Positions 34,680-45,081 of a stretch of 64,000 nucleotides of DNA are shown piece by piece. Origin of the DNA: a virus. Taxonomy: Duplodnaviria > Caudoviricetes. The notes beneath the pieces were generated by a model. It had not been told where the DNA came from. It searched no databases and saw only the letters and a program-made list of their open reading frames with translations. Made by a program: the position numbers and the translations under genes. How positions within the stretch are numbered: position 1 is the stretch's first letter; every line of letters begins with the position of its first letter. The DNA lies in IMG/VR virus record IMGVR_UViG_3300028072_000006, positions 7,416 to 71,415 of that record; one strand, given 5' to 3'.

Positions 34680-34939
34680 GCAAGGCGAAGATGGTGCAGC
34701 TTGAAAATGACCTCATCAGCTTGTGGGAAAAGTACAGCTGCAAGCCGACCTACATGCAGATGTCGCTAGGAAATTATCGCAAGCACATCGCCCCGCGCGA
34801 AGATCTGCAAGATTACGCGGTTGAATTTTTGAAGGTGTGTGACGAGAATAAAATTCCTGATGAAGCTGTCGTCGTGATCACGCCGGGCAGGCTCGCGCTG
34901 CTCGTGGATGATCAAGACCGTTTGCTTTCGTTTCGGTAA
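34676..34939 (+). CDS. Hypothetical protein
   Basis: ATGA coupling. Confidence 0.55.
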   Translation: MSKAKMVQLENDLISLWEKYSCKPTYMQMSLGNYRKHIAPREDLQDYAVEFLKVCDENKIPDEAVVVITPGRLALLVDDQDRLLSFR

Positions 34940-34942
34940 ATT

Positions 34943-37438
34943 ATGGCGTCCTCTTCGCAGAACATCGTCATCAAGCCGATCGGCAACCTGGTTGCGGCGC
35001 TGCAGCAGTACGGGCAGGACCTTTACAAGCCGCCCCCGGACACGATCCGCGGCATCGAGCCCGGCAAGTGGCCATCGCCTTACCAACCTATCAAGCCGAT
35101 CGCGCCTGACGGCACGCAACCGCTGGCCTTCCAGTTTTGGGAGTCGCAGAACCTAACCTGGACGCCGCGGCCTGACGCGGAGTACACGGCGCAGGATCTG
35201 AAGGCGTTCGCCACCTACCCGCTGGCGCGCATCTGCATCGAGAACGTGAAAGACGCGCTGGCTAAGGCCAGCTGGGAGATCCAACCCAAGCTGCAGCTGG
35301 GCGAGAACCGCAAGCAAGCGATGAAGCGCGCCAAGGGCGACCCGAACATCCTCAAGTTGTCGCGCTTCTTCGAGTACCCTGACCGCGAGCACAGCTGGTC
35401 GGAGTGGGTGCGGCCGCTGCTCGACGACCTGCTGGTCATCGACGCGCCCGCGGTGCTGGTGCGCAAGACCTACAGCGGCGTTCTCGCGGAGCTGCGCGTC
35501 ATGCGCGGCGAGATGTTCAGCCGCTACATCGACGCCCAAGGCTTCACGCCCGCGGCTCCGGACCCCGCGTACGCGCAGAACTGGTGGGGCATCCCGCTCG
35601 TAAACCTCTCGATGGACGAGCTCGTCTACAAGCCGCGCAACATCGTCCCGCGCAACACCGTGTCCTCGCAGCTGTACGGCATGAGCCCCACGGAACAGCT
35701 CGCGCCTGAGATCGAGATTGGCATGCAGCGGCTCGCGTTCATCTTGGCCTACTACAAGTTTGGCTCCGTGCCCGACGTGCTCCAGGTCGTGCCTCCCGGT
35801 ATCTCGCCGGAGCTGTTGAAGGAGACGATGCAGTGGATGAACTCGGACCTGGCCGGGAACTTGGCCAAGCGCCGGCAGATCCGCCTGATGCAAGGCTTCG
35901 CCCCGGACGGTAAGGATCAGATTCTGTTCCCGAAGGAGAAGTTGCTCTCGGACCCGTTCGACGAGATGCACATGAAGAAGATCGCCTTCGGTTACGGCAC
36001 GAGCCCGCAGCGCTTGGCGAAGCAGGTCAACCGCGCGCAGTCGCAGCAGATGGACGAGTCGGCCGACGTCGAAGGCACGCTGCCGTACTTTATCTGGTTG
36101 AAGAGCGCGATGATCGACTGGATCATCAACCGCGTCTTCATGCTGCCTGACTATGAGATGATCTTCAACCCGTACTCCGAGCCTGACCCGGAGAAGCAGG
36201 GCAAGACGATCACGGGCTACGTCGACGACGGCCTTCTGACCCCGAACGAAGGCCGCGAGCGGATGGGCGAGGAGCCGGCGAACGATCCCGGTGCGGACGA
36301 GTTGGGGCTCAAGACGGGAACCGGCCGCGTGACCTTCGCGCAGTCTGATGAGGCGCACCAGCAGACGATGGAGACGCAGAGCGCCGCGGCTGAGGCGGCG
36401 AAGAACCCTCCTGAGGACAAGGGAGCGGCGAAGCCCGATGGCAAAGACAAGAAAGACGACAAGCCCAAGACAAACGGCAAAGATGACACCGCCAAGTGGG
36501 CCCACTGCGGAGTACATAAAATTTTTGTTGGGACTTGCGCGGGCTGCCGAGAAGCAGTTGTCAAAAGCTTCGTCAATGAAAAAGCTTATCGTGAAGCCGT
36601 CCAGAAAGCGTCGAGCGAAAAGTCGGCGAAGGTAATTCACCCGGGACGCTTGCACCCGCACTCGATCCTGGCGCGTCAAAAGGTTGACAAGATCCTGCGC
36701 GACCACTTCCGGACGATGAATCGCAAGACGACCAAGGAGCTGGCGAAACAGTTGGGCTTGGCGCACCGCCACATCCAGAAGAAGAAAGTTTTGCTCAAGG
36801 CCGCGGACGAGCAGGAGGCGCTGGACGCGATCCTGCGTTCGCTCAAGCAGGAGTTTCAGTCGATTCCTGACGAGGTGCTCGCGCCGCTGGCTGAGTCTGC
36901 CTTGGCGGGAGCGGCCAACGGCTCGCTGCAGCTGAACATCACCAGCGAGGACATGCTGGGTAAGATCAACGAGACGGCTCAGGCCTGGGCCAGCAAGCGG
37001 GCGGCGGAGCTCGTGGGCATGCGGCGCAACGAGGACGGCGAGCTGGTTCCCAACCCGAACGCCAAGTGGGCGATCACGGACACTACGCGGGACAAGCTAC
37101 AGTCCATTATCGAGGATCTGTTCGGCGAGGAGACGGTCACGCTCGCCGACGTCGAGGAGCGGCTGCAGGAGGCGGGCATCTTCTCCGACACCCGCGCGAC
37201 AATGATCGCGCGCACCGAGATCACCCGGGCTCAAGTGCAGGGCAACCTCGAGAGCTGGCGGCGCTCCGGCTTGGTCGACAAGGTGAATTGGCAGCTGAGC
37301 TCGCTGCACGACAAGGACGACGTCTGCACCGAGCTGGCCGACGGTTCGCCGTACGAGCTCGAGGACGTTCCCGACTTTCCCGCTCACCCGAACTGTGAGT
37401 GCACGATCGTGCTGTCGGAGATCGGAGGAGAGGAATGA
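34943..37438 (+). CDS. Portal protein fused to a C-terminal MuF/SPP1 gp7-like head morphogenesis domain
   Basis: Position after terL; portal-like N-terminal ~450 aa; C-terminal RATMIARTE...W...C..L...PAHPNCECT MuF motif. Confidence 0.85.
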   Translation: MASSSQNIVIKPIGNLVAALQQYGQDLYKPPPDTIRGIEPGKWPSPYQPIKPIAPDGTQPLAFQFWESQNLTWTPRPDAEYTAQDLKAFATYPLARICIENVKDALAKASWEIQPKLQLGENRKQAMKRAKGDPNILKLSRFFEYPDREHSWSEWVRPLLDDLLVIDAPAVLVRKTYSGVLAELRVMRGEMFSRYIDAQGFTPAAPDPAYAQNWWGIPLVNLSMDELVYKPRNIVPRNTVSSQLYGMSPTEQLAPEIEIGMQRLAFILAYYKFGSVPDVLQVVPPGISPELLKETMQWMNSDLAGNLAKRRQIRLMQGFAPDGKDQILFPKEKLLSDPFDEMHMKKIAFGYGTSPQRLAKQVNRAQSQQMDESADVEGTLPYFIWLKSAMIDWIINRVFMLPDYEMIFNPYSEPDPEKQGKTITGYVDDGLLTPNEGRERMGEEPANDPGADELGLKTGTGRVTFAQSDEAHQQTMETQSAAAEAAKNPPEDKGAAKPDGKDKKDDKPKTNGKDDTAKWAHCGVHKIFVGTCAGCREAVVKSFVNEKAYREAVQKASSEKSAKVIHPGRLHPHSILARQKVDKILRDHFRTMNRKTTKELAKQLGLAHRHIQKKKVLLKAADEQEALDAILRSLKQEFQSIPDEVLAPLAESALAGAANGSLQLNITSEDMLGKINETAQAWASKRAAELVGMRRNEDGELVPNPNAKWAITDTTRDKLQSIIEDLFGEETVTLADVEERLQEAGIFSDTRATMIARTEITRAQVQGNLESWRRSGLVDKVNWQLSSLHDKDDVCTELADGSPYELEDVPDFPAHPNCECTIVLSEIGGEE

Positions 37439-38226
37439 CCCTGCGCAAGCTGATCGCCGCCCCCGTGGGAAACGACTCCCCGGCTCTCGACCAGATCAAT
37501 GGGGTGATGACACCGGCGATGGAGATCGACGATCAAACGGGAATCATCTACGTCGGCGGTAAGGCGCTGACCGGCGGGGGCACGGGCACTCCGGGCGACG
37601 GTAACGGGGCGGTTCAATTCAACGACAACGGAGCGTTCGGAGGCGACGCTAACAACCAGTGGAGTAAAACCACCAAGACGCAACAGATTATCGGACAGCT
37701 GTTGGTGATCAGCCCGGTTGGTGCGGGTCACTGGAGCGTCATCGGCACGGGCGCACCGAATAACTTCGTCTACGTCGGCAGCTTGGGTGACGGGGTGAAC
37801 GGCGACAAGGTTCAGATCAAGGCCGCGAACAACCCGACCTCGTCCATCGACATTCTCTCGAACGGCGACCAATTTATTTCTAGCTCCAACGGTAAGCTCG
37901 GGCTCTTCGGTTCGAAGCTGCAGATGGGAATTGCCGGGGTCGCGGGATTGCCCTTGGAGTTTCAAGGAACCTCGAGCGGGTTGGCGCAGCTCGGGGTGGC
38001 TGACGCGGCGGGAACCCCAAATCGAATTAACTTGCCGCAGGTGACGGGAAGCTTGGGCATGTTCCTGAAGACCGACGGGGCGAACCCGCAACAGTTGGTC
38101 TGGGCTTACCTGGGCACGGGCTTGGCGGTTTTCGCCAACAACGCGGCGGCGATCTCTGGAGGGTTAGTGGCGGGACAGTTGTACCGTACCGGAGCGGATC
38201 CTGACGTAGTTTGCGTGGTGCACTGA
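37435..38226 (+). CDS. Fibre/decoration-like structural protein (paralogue A)
   Basis: Gly-rich beta-type sequence; N-terminus shared with the next gene. Confidence 0.6.
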   Translation: MTLRKLIAAPVGNDSPALDQINGVMTPAMEIDDQTGIIYVGGKALTGGGTGTPGDGNGAVQFNDNGAFGGDANNQWSKTTKTQQIIGQLLVISPVGAGHWSVIGTGAPNNFVYVGSLGDGVNGDKVQIKAANNPTSSIDILSNGDQFISSSNGKLGLFGSKLQMGIAGVAGLPLEFQGTSSGLAQLGVADAAGTPNRINLPQVTGSLGMFLKTDGANPQQLVWAYLGTGLAVFANNAAAISGGLVAGQLYRTGADPDVVCVVH

Positions 38227-38227
38227 T

Positions 38228-38851
38228 ATGGGACTGCGAAAGCTGATCATGGCGCCCGTGGGAAACAACTCCCCGGTCGTCGACCAGATTAACGGCATCA
38301 TGACTCCCGCGATGGAGATCGACGACGAGACGGGGTTCATCTACGTGGGCGGACGAAAACTAGGCGGCGGCGGTGGCGGCGGGACTCCGGGCGGCGACAA
38401 CACGCAGGTGCAGATCAACGGCGATGGAGTTTTTGCCGGCAGCCCGAGCTTCACGTTTGACCCGTCGACGCTCGAGCTGCGGATCGTGAGCGGCCCGGGC
38501 ACGAGCAACTCAATCTCGCTGAACGGCGGCGGCGTCTCGCTGGTCATGGGCGAGGACGGAGCGGGCATCGTCTTCCAAGCCCCGGGCTGCGGCCTGAGCA
38601 TGAACCAAGCGGCGGAGGCCTTTATCGCCGTCGGAGCGCTGTTCACCGCGCTCGGGATTGGGTTTGGGTCGACCGGGAAGGTCGCCATCGCCGGAGCGGC
38701 GGGGCAGCTGACCTTCTTCAACGACGACTACATCAACACGGGCGGCGCGACGAAGCAGACGGTGACGGGCTCGAAGGGCGGCAACGCGGCGCTCGCCAGC
38801 CTGATCGCGGCGTTCGCGGCGTACGGGTTAATAACGGACGGGACTTCGTAG
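38228..38851 (+). CDS. Fibre/decoration-like structural protein (paralogue B)
   Basis: MGLRKLIMAPVGNNSP.. versus MTLRKLIAAPVGNDSP.. Confidence 0.6.
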   Translation: MGLRKLIMAPVGNNSPVVDQINGIMTPAMEIDDETGFIYVGGRKLGGGGGGGTPGGDNTQVQINGDGVFAGSPSFTFDPSTLELRIVSGPGTSNSISLNGGGVSLVMGEDGAGIVFQAPGCGLSMNQAAEAFIAVGALFTALGIGFGSTGKVAIAGAAGQLTFFNDDYINTGGATKQTVTGSKGGNAALASLIAAFAAYGLITDGTS

Positions 38852-38894
38852 GGGAGAAGTAGGGGCAGGGGAGAAAGAAAGGGTACCTGGGCTA

Positions 38895-39989
38895 ATGTTT
38901 GTTGTAAAGGACGCAGTTCGAGAACCGCTGTACGCCATCGTGCCATACTTCAACCCGTGGCGCTGGAAGAGTCGCGAGAAGCACACGGAGCGCGCGATCA
39001 AGCACTTCATCGACTCGGGCGCCGTGGTCGTGCTCGTCGAGGTCGGGTTCAACCGTCGCGAGCTGACCTTCGCGGACTCCGGGTTGAACGACACTCCGGC
39101 CAACTGCAACGTTCACGGCGAAGGAAAGTTTCGCCATCAATATATCGGCCTGCACTCGAAGGACGAGCTGTGGCTGAAGGAGAACGCGATCAACGTCGCG
39201 GCCAGCCGCTTGCCGTACGATTGGCAGCAGATGTGCTGGCTCGACTCGGACGTGCACTTCCTGCGGCCGAACTGGGTGGGCGAGTGCATCCACAAGCTGC
39301 AGCACTTCGGCTTCCTGCAGATGTTCAGCCACGCCCGTGACCTGGGCCCGAACTACGAGATGCTGTCGCAAGACTACCCTCACTCGGACGGCTCGAGCTT
39401 CGTCCAAGCTTGGAAGGACGGGCGGCTCGACCCGCTGGTGCGTGAAGACCTCGACGAGGTCAAGAGGGACCTGAAGAAGCTGAAAAAGTCTGTCGCCAAG
39501 CTCGAACAAGATCTTCTCAAATCTTACTACCCGTCGCGCATTTGGCCCGGGCTCGCTTGGGCCTGTACGCGCTGGGCGTGGGAGTCGGTCGGCGGTTTGA
39601 TTGACTTTGCGATTTGGGGAGGTGGTGATTGGCACATGAGCCACGCGCTGATCGAAAAAGAAGAAGGCATGATGCTGCCCGGCCTGCACCGAAACTACCG
39701 CAAGCTTGTGGACCAGTGGGCTTGGAGGTGCAAGACCGAGATCCGCAAGAATGTTGGTGTCATGGAAGGCTCGATCACGCACCACTGGCACGGACGCAAA
39801 GTCGAACGCGGCTACAACGCAAAACATCTGTTGCTGGCGCGCCTTGGTTTTGACCCGCCGCGCCACTTGAAGAAAGACCACCAGGGTTTGTACCAGCTTC
39901 ACGACGACGGCAGCGACACGTACACGAAGATGCGTGATTCGATGCGGGTCATCGCGAAGGAGCGCAACGAAGATTCGATCGACACCTGA
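38895..39989 (+). CDS. Putative GT-A-fold glycosyltransferase
   Basis: LWLKENAIN...WLDSDVHF DxD motif. Confidence 0.5.
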   Translation: MFVVKDAVREPLYAIVPYFNPWRWKSREKHTERAIKHFIDSGAVVVLVEVGFNRRELTFADSGLNDTPANCNVHGEGKFRHQYIGLHSKDELWLKENAINVAASRLPYDWQQMCWLDSDVHFLRPNWVGECIHKLQHFGFLQMFSHARDLGPNYEMLSQDYPHSDGSSFVQAWKDGRLDPLVREDLDEVKRDLKKLKKSVAKLEQDLLKSYYPSRIWPGLAWACTRWAWESVGGLIDFAIWGGGDWHMSHALIEKEEGMMLPGLHRNYRKLVDQWAWRCKTEIRKNVGVMEGSITHHWHGRKVERGYNAKHLLLARLGFDPPRHLKKDHQGLYQLHDDGSDTYTKMRDSMRVIAKERNEDSIDT

Positions 39990-40000
39990 GGAGAACTGAG

Positions 40001-40210
40001 ATGAGCTTGAACCTGAACCCGCTGGGATTGAACAGCTACGCGCCATCCAACTACGTGCAGCCGGACTACCGCACCCCGTCACTGATCAGCACCGTGGCCT
40101 CGCCCGTCGGTGCCGACGAGCTCAGCCTGCCGAACCCGATTCCCGCGTACGCACAGCCGGGAACCAGCTTTTTCATTGCGTCGAATCCTGCTAAGCCGCT
40201 AGGAAGCTAA
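40001..40210 (+). CDS. Hypothetical protein
   Basis: GAGGAG RBS. Confidence 0.55.
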   Translation: MSLNLNPLGLNSYAPSNYVQPDYRTPSLISTVASPVGADELSLPNPIPAYAQPGTSFFIASNPAKPLGS

Positions 40211-40222
40211 GAGGAGATTAAG

Positions 40223-43200
40223 TTGAAAAAGAAACTCGCAAGTTGGCTCGCTCCGCTGCTCCTGCTGCTGGGGGTTGCCGTTGTCGGGCAGAACGTTCAG
40301 ACGCAGACGCAGACGATCACCGTCTCGGGCCAGACCATCACGGTGAACAACAACCACGGCGCGCTGAAGGGCAGCTTCGTCTACGCGATCTTCGGGGCGC
40401 CGTCGACGATGTCGTTGATCATCCAGGGCTGCATCGCGAACCCGTTTTCTTGCACCACGCTCGACACGTACACGTCCACCCAGAACACGACGCGGCAGAT
40501 CAACGTTTCGACGCCCTACAGCTACTTCACGGTGCAGGGCTCTTGGACGGGCGGAGTTGCTGCTCCTGGCACTTACGTGACCGTCACCAGCTCGCTGCAG
40601 CTCGGTGGGAGCTCGGGCGGCGGCCTGGGCAACGTCACGGTGATCGGAAACCCTACGGGAACCGGGCAAGTTCCGACGACGACGTCAACGACGACGGCGA
40701 CTTGGCAGACACCGGCGGGTGGGGGAAACGTCAACGGTACGGGCCTGACGGCCAACAACGTGATGGCCGGCAACGGCACGTCGAACATCAAGGACTCGGG
40801 CATCGCCACCAGTTCACTAGCCCTAACCTCGAATCCGCTTTCGCAGTTCGCTGCTACTACCTCATCGCAGCTAGCGTCGATTATCAGCGACGAGACGGGA
40901 TCAGGCGGAGCCGTGTTTGCCACCAGCCCCACGTTGGTTACGCCAAACTTGGGAACTCCGTCGGCCGCGGTCTTGACCAATGCGACGGGGCTGCCGCTGT
41001 CCACGGGCGTGACGGGCACGCTGCCTAGCTCGGCGCTGAGCTTGAGCGACCGCTTGGTGTCGGGAACCTCCGACACGATCTTGGCGGCTGATCGCTCGAA
41101 CCGCGTCGCCTACTCTAACGCCAGCCCGATCGCGGTGACCTTGCCGCAGGCCGGCTCGACGAACTTTACCAATTTCTACACGCGGATCTCGAACCAAGGC
41201 GTCGGCCAGGTGACGGTCACGCCGACGACCTCGACGATCAACGGCGTCGCCTCAGTGCTCTTGAACCAGGGTGAGTTCTGCTTCATCACCGTGGACAGCG
41301 CCGGAACCAACTACGCGGCCGACTGTACTGAGTCGCAGATCACCTGGGGCGCCAACCTGACCCCGACTCGCTCGGCCCACGGCCTGCAGGTCGATGTGAC
41401 GGGACTCGCGCCCGCGCCCGCAGACACCGCAGCGACGCCGCACCTGTTCTTCAACCAGTACACGCAAGTCTCAGGCGTCATCGGCGCGGTGCAGCCGGTG
41501 GAGGCCGACGTTGTTAACCTCTCCACCGATCTCGCCAATCGCTTGACCACCAACACAGTGACGGCGCTGGGTGTGAACCCGAACTCGGTGGCGGCAGGCT
41601 TCATCACCGGCAGCGGCCAGTTCAAGATCACGCTGGCGAGTCCGACCACCGTGTCGTCAGTGTCGAGCTCGACGGTCAGCAACTTGTGCGGCGCCTACCA
41701 GGTGGACGCGACGCCGACCTTCGCCGAGGATTGCTGGCAGTGGCAGGACCTGCTGGGTACGGGCATCAATGACACCTCGACCTTCCGGCTCGTTCACGCG
41801 GGGTCTTCAGGCCGGACCACGGTCTCGATTCCGCAGATGTCGCAAACGGGAACGGGCGGCAACGTCGCCGTCGTCGCCAACGACGTGACGACGGGAACGA
41901 CGATTAACTTGCTGGCGAAAATCACGTCCACGGGCGCGATCAAGGCGACGACGGGTGACAAGACGACGCCAACCTTCATCGTCAGCGGCGTCCCGGGCAC
42001 GACGGGGAACGCGCAGCTGACTGTGGCAGGCATCGCGAAGTGCGTCATGGACGTCACCAACGCGAGCGGCGTGATGGGGCAGGCCGTCTACGCGTCGACG
42101 ACGACGGCGGGACAGTGCTCGACGGGAACTTCTGGGTTGACGACCAACGCGTGGATCATCGGCGTGATGGAGCAAGACTCAACGACGAGCGGGCAGGCCG
42201 CGTTCGTGCTGGTCGGTGCGGGCAGCCGCAACCTCGGTCTGTCGGGCAACGGCACGAAGCTGCAGACGACGAGCTTGGCCTCGACGACGCTGAACGACAT
42301 TACGGTGTTTGACGCGAACGGCAACACCGTTGACTCGGGAACCCCGATAACGGCAACGGCTTGCCTGCAGCTCGAGTCCTCGCTGTGCACCTCGGCGGTT
42401 GATGGTAGCGGCAACCCATCCTTTATCGCGCAAGGCTCGGCGGGCAACAACTTGACGATCACCGGGACAGGCTTGGTGGTCGTGACCGGCGGCCTGTACC
42501 AGGTCGGTACGGGAACCTACACCGACGCAATCACCGGGCTGACCTCCTCCAAGTTTTACTACGTCTACGTCAAGCAGGACACCAGCAACGCGACGCTGGT
42601 CGGAGCGGACTTCGGCGCCACTCAGCTCGCTCCCGTCTACAGTTACATCACGCCGACGGCGTGCACGGGCGCGAGCTCAACCAACCCGCAGTACTGGTTT
42701 GACCTAACGGTCCGGACGTGGAAAAAGTCGACCGCTGCGGCCTGTTCTTTCTCAGCCGCGTCTCCGACGGTCACGTTCCTGGGCGCTGTTTGGGTAACAG
42801 CGACGCCGACGATCTCTGGCGTGGCGCACGAGCCGTTCAACCTCAGCCCGTACAAGCGCTACGAGCTGTTCGGCGACGGGTTCGACGCGCAGAACGGCGG
42901 CACAGACATCACCAAGCAGGAGAAGACGAGCGGCTCGACGAACATCGACCATTGGCACACGTATACTTCTGTCCAGGCGACGGGTGCGACGCTGCAGCCA
43001 ACGAGCATCGCGAACAACGGGACGACCTCGGGCTTGATGATCTTGTACTCGCAGAACCCCGTGTTGATCGTGAACACTTCGAGCGTGTCGGCTTCCTCGC
43101 TGGGGCGTGCGGGCGCCGCGGGGCAAACGGGAGCGGGTTCGGGAGCTTCAGGTGGCGGCTATGCGGGTTCCTCGGGCGGCGGTGGTGGCGGCGGAACGGG

Positions 43201-43693
43201 AGCGGGCGGCGCGGGTGGCGGGCGCAACTACTACGGCTCGAACGGAAACAACGGTGGTTCGCCGGGCGGCGGTGCGGTGAACACGGTAGGCGGCAACGGC
43301 AACTCGACGCCGACGGGACAGATTCCGTTCTGCAAGTCGCAGCTGTACGCGGGCTTGATCGGCTCGAACGGTGGCGGTGGCGGCGGCGACGGAACGCACG
43401 CCGGCGGCGCGGGCGGGGCTTCGGGCGGCGGCGTGGTGGTTCGCGCGCCGGCGATCGTGTTGGACGCGAGCTCGAACATCACGGCCAACGGCGGCAACGG
43501 TGCGAATGGTTCAGCGGCGAACTCCGGTGGTGGCGGCGCGGGTGGCGGCGGAACGGTCTTGGTCTGCGGCGGGTACTTCTCGCTGGCGGGCACGTTCACA
43601 GCGTCGGCGGGTACGGCGGGCACGGGAGCGGGCACGGGCGGTAACGGCGGCACGGCGACGGCGGGCATCGTTCAAAAGGACAAACTCTGGTGA
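40223..43693 (+). CDS. Large Thr/Gly-rich fibre/adhesin-like protein with signal peptide
   Basis: MKKKLASWLAPLLLLLGVAVVG N-terminus; Gly-rich C-terminus similar to phage fibre tips. Confidence 0.65.
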   Translation: MKKKLASWLAPLLLLLGVAVVGQNVQTQTQTITVSGQTITVNNNHGALKGSFVYAIFGAPSTMSLIIQGCIANPFSCTTLDTYTSTQNTTRQINVSTPYSYFTVQGSWTGGVAAPGTYVTVTSSLQLGGSSGGGLGNVTVIGNPTGTGQVPTTTSTTTATWQTPAGGGNVNGTGLTANNVMAGNGTSNIKDSGIATSSLALTSNPLSQFAATTSSQLASIISDETGSGGAVFATSPTLVTPNLGTPSAAVLTNATGLPLSTGVTGTLPSSALSLSDRLVSGTSDTILAADRSNRVAYSNASPIAVTLPQAGSTNFTNFYTRISNQGVGQVTVTPTTSTINGVASVLLNQGEFCFITVDSAGTNYAADCTESQITWGANLTPTRSAHGLQVDVTGLAPAPADTAATPHLFFNQYTQVSGVIGAVQPVEADVVNLSTDLANRLTTNTVTALGVNPNSVAAGFITGSGQFKITLASPTTVSSVSSSTVSNLCGAYQVDATPTFAEDCWQWQDLLGTGINDTSTFRLVHAGSSGRTTVSIPQMSQTGTGGNVAVVANDVTTGTTINLLAKITSTGAIKATTGDKTTPTFIVSGVPGTTGNAQLTVAGIAKCVMDVTNASGVMGQAVYASTTTAGQCSTGTSGLTTNAWIIGVMEQDSTTSGQAAFVLVGAGSRNLGLSGNGTKLQTTSLASTTLNDITVFDANGNTVDSGTPITATACLQLESSLCTSAVDGSGNPSFIAQGSAGNNLTITGTGLVVVTGGLYQVGTGTYTDAITGLTSSKFYYVYVKQDTSNATLVGADFGATQLAPVYSYITPTACTGASSTNPQYWFDLTVRTWKKSTAAACSFSAASPTVTFLGAVWVTATPTISGVAHEPFNLSPYKRYELFGDGFDAQNGGTDITKQEKTSGSTNIDHWHTYTSVQATGATLQPTSIANNGTTSGLMILYSQNPVLIVNTSSVSASSLGRAGAAGQTGAGSGASGGGYAGSSGGGGGGGTGAGGAGGGRNYYGSNGNNGGSPGGGAVNTVGGNGNSTPTGQIPFCKSQLYAGLIGSNGGGGGGDGTHAGGAGGASGGGVVVRAPAIVLDASSNITANGGNGANGSAANSGGGGAGGGGTVLVCGGYFSLAGTFTASAGTAGTGAGTGGNGGTATAGIVQKDKLW

Positions 43694-45081
43694 ACCGTTT
43701 CCTGAAGCTAATTCTACCGATCGTCGTTGCTCTCGCGGCCCTGGCCTTCCCGGTCGCGCTGAAGGCTGAGGACCCGATCGACCCGCAGCTGAAGTGCTGC
43801 ACCAAGACGACTAATCCAGGCATGCCGACCTCCTTCTTCGGCATGACGCAAAACCAGTTCGGCGGCAACCACGACACGGTCGGGATCCAGTACGGGGTGC
43901 TGCGCTTCTGGGACACGGCCTGCGTCTGGGGCTTGATCGAGACGAGCCCGGGCACCTACAACTTCACTAGCTGCGACACGGAGATCAACCGTGCCGTGGC
44001 GATGAACGCGATTCCCGTGTTCGTCCTCGGACGCACGCCGGTCGCGCAGATCACGGGAACTTGCACTGGAATCTTCTCCGGAGGCTCTCCTAAGACTTGC
44101 GCGCAGCTGCCGAAGGACCTGGGTGGGGCGAACGCGATCCTGCCCGCGTTCCTGACCGCGCTGTACAACCACATCCACTCCGCGTACCCGGGAATGACTT
44201 GGTACATCGAGGGGCTGAATGAGGCTGACCTCGCTGGCGAATGCGCGCCGTCCACGGGCGGCTCGGGGCACTGTTCCGCGGTCGAGCTTGTCAAGTACCA
44301 ACAAACTTTGTACCAGACGATCAAGGCGCTGGACAACACGATCATCGTCATCGGCCCCGCGGCCTCCACGGCGAACCAGTTCGGCCCGCACCTTTACAAC
44401 GGTGTTGACGCGACGAGCGCGCCGTTCAACGGTAACGGGTTCCTAAACGCCGGCGGCGGCGCGTGGCTGGACTGGATCAACATCCACCCGTACTTCTTCT
44501 GCGGCGGGTCGGCCAGCTGCACCGTTCCCGAGACGGCCATCGGCATGATCTCGGCGCTGAAGACGGTGCTGACGACCTACGGCGTGCAGAACAAGCCCGT
44601 GGTCATGTCCGAGTCGGACTGGGGAACGGGAACGGCGAACACGCAGGCCGCGAACTTGAAGGCCGCGTACCTGGGCCGGTTGTACGCGTACCTCTGGAAC
44701 GCGGGCTACATTGGAGTTTGGTGGTACGCGTGGGACAACAACGCGACCAACTTGTCAATCGGTTTTGGCACGCTGTGTGAAGGCTCGCCCTGCACGCCGA
44801 ACTCATCGGCCACGGCGTACGCAACTTGGTACGGGTGGCTGGTCGGCTCGACGCACGCGGTTAACGGCTGCGACCCGAACAACGATGGGCACAACACTTG
44901 GTTTTGCTCGCTGGTGCAGTCGGGTGGGGTTCACGCGGCGATCATCTTCAACGCGTCAGGGCCGCGCAGCTTTTCGACCACGGGCCTGGGTTTCACGACG
45001 CAGTACTTTCAAGACGGCACGTCAGCGCCGATTGTCAGCAACACGGTGACGGCCGACATTCAACCGATACTGGTGAAATGA
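43690..45081 (+). CDS. Clan GH-A-like glycoside hydrolase (GH39/GH5-like) with signal peptide, paralogue 1
   Basis: LRFWD...W..IE...G.YNF, NEAD acid/base, MSESDWG nucleophile region. Confidence 0.7.
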   Translation: MNRFLKLILPIVVALAALAFPVALKAEDPIDPQLKCCTKTTNPGMPTSFFGMTQNQFGGNHDTVGIQYGVLRFWDTACVWGLIETSPGTYNFTSCDTEINRAVAMNAIPVFVLGRTPVAQITGTCTGIFSGGSPKTCAQLPKDLGGANAILPAFLTALYNHIHSAYPGMTWYIEGLNEADLAGECAPSTGGSGHCSAVELVKYQQTLYQTIKALDNTIIVIGPAASTANQFGPHLYNGVDATSAPFNGNGFLNAGGGAWLDWINIHPYFFCGGSASCTVPETAIGMISALKTVLTTYGVQNKPVVMSESDWGTGTANTQAANLKAAYLGRLYAYLWNAGYIGVWWYAWDNNATNLSIGFGTLCEGSPCTPNSSATAYATWYGWLVGSTHAVNGCDPNNDGHNTWFCSLVQSGGVHAAIIFNASGPRSFSTTGLGFTTQYFQDGTSAPIVSNTVTADIQPILVK

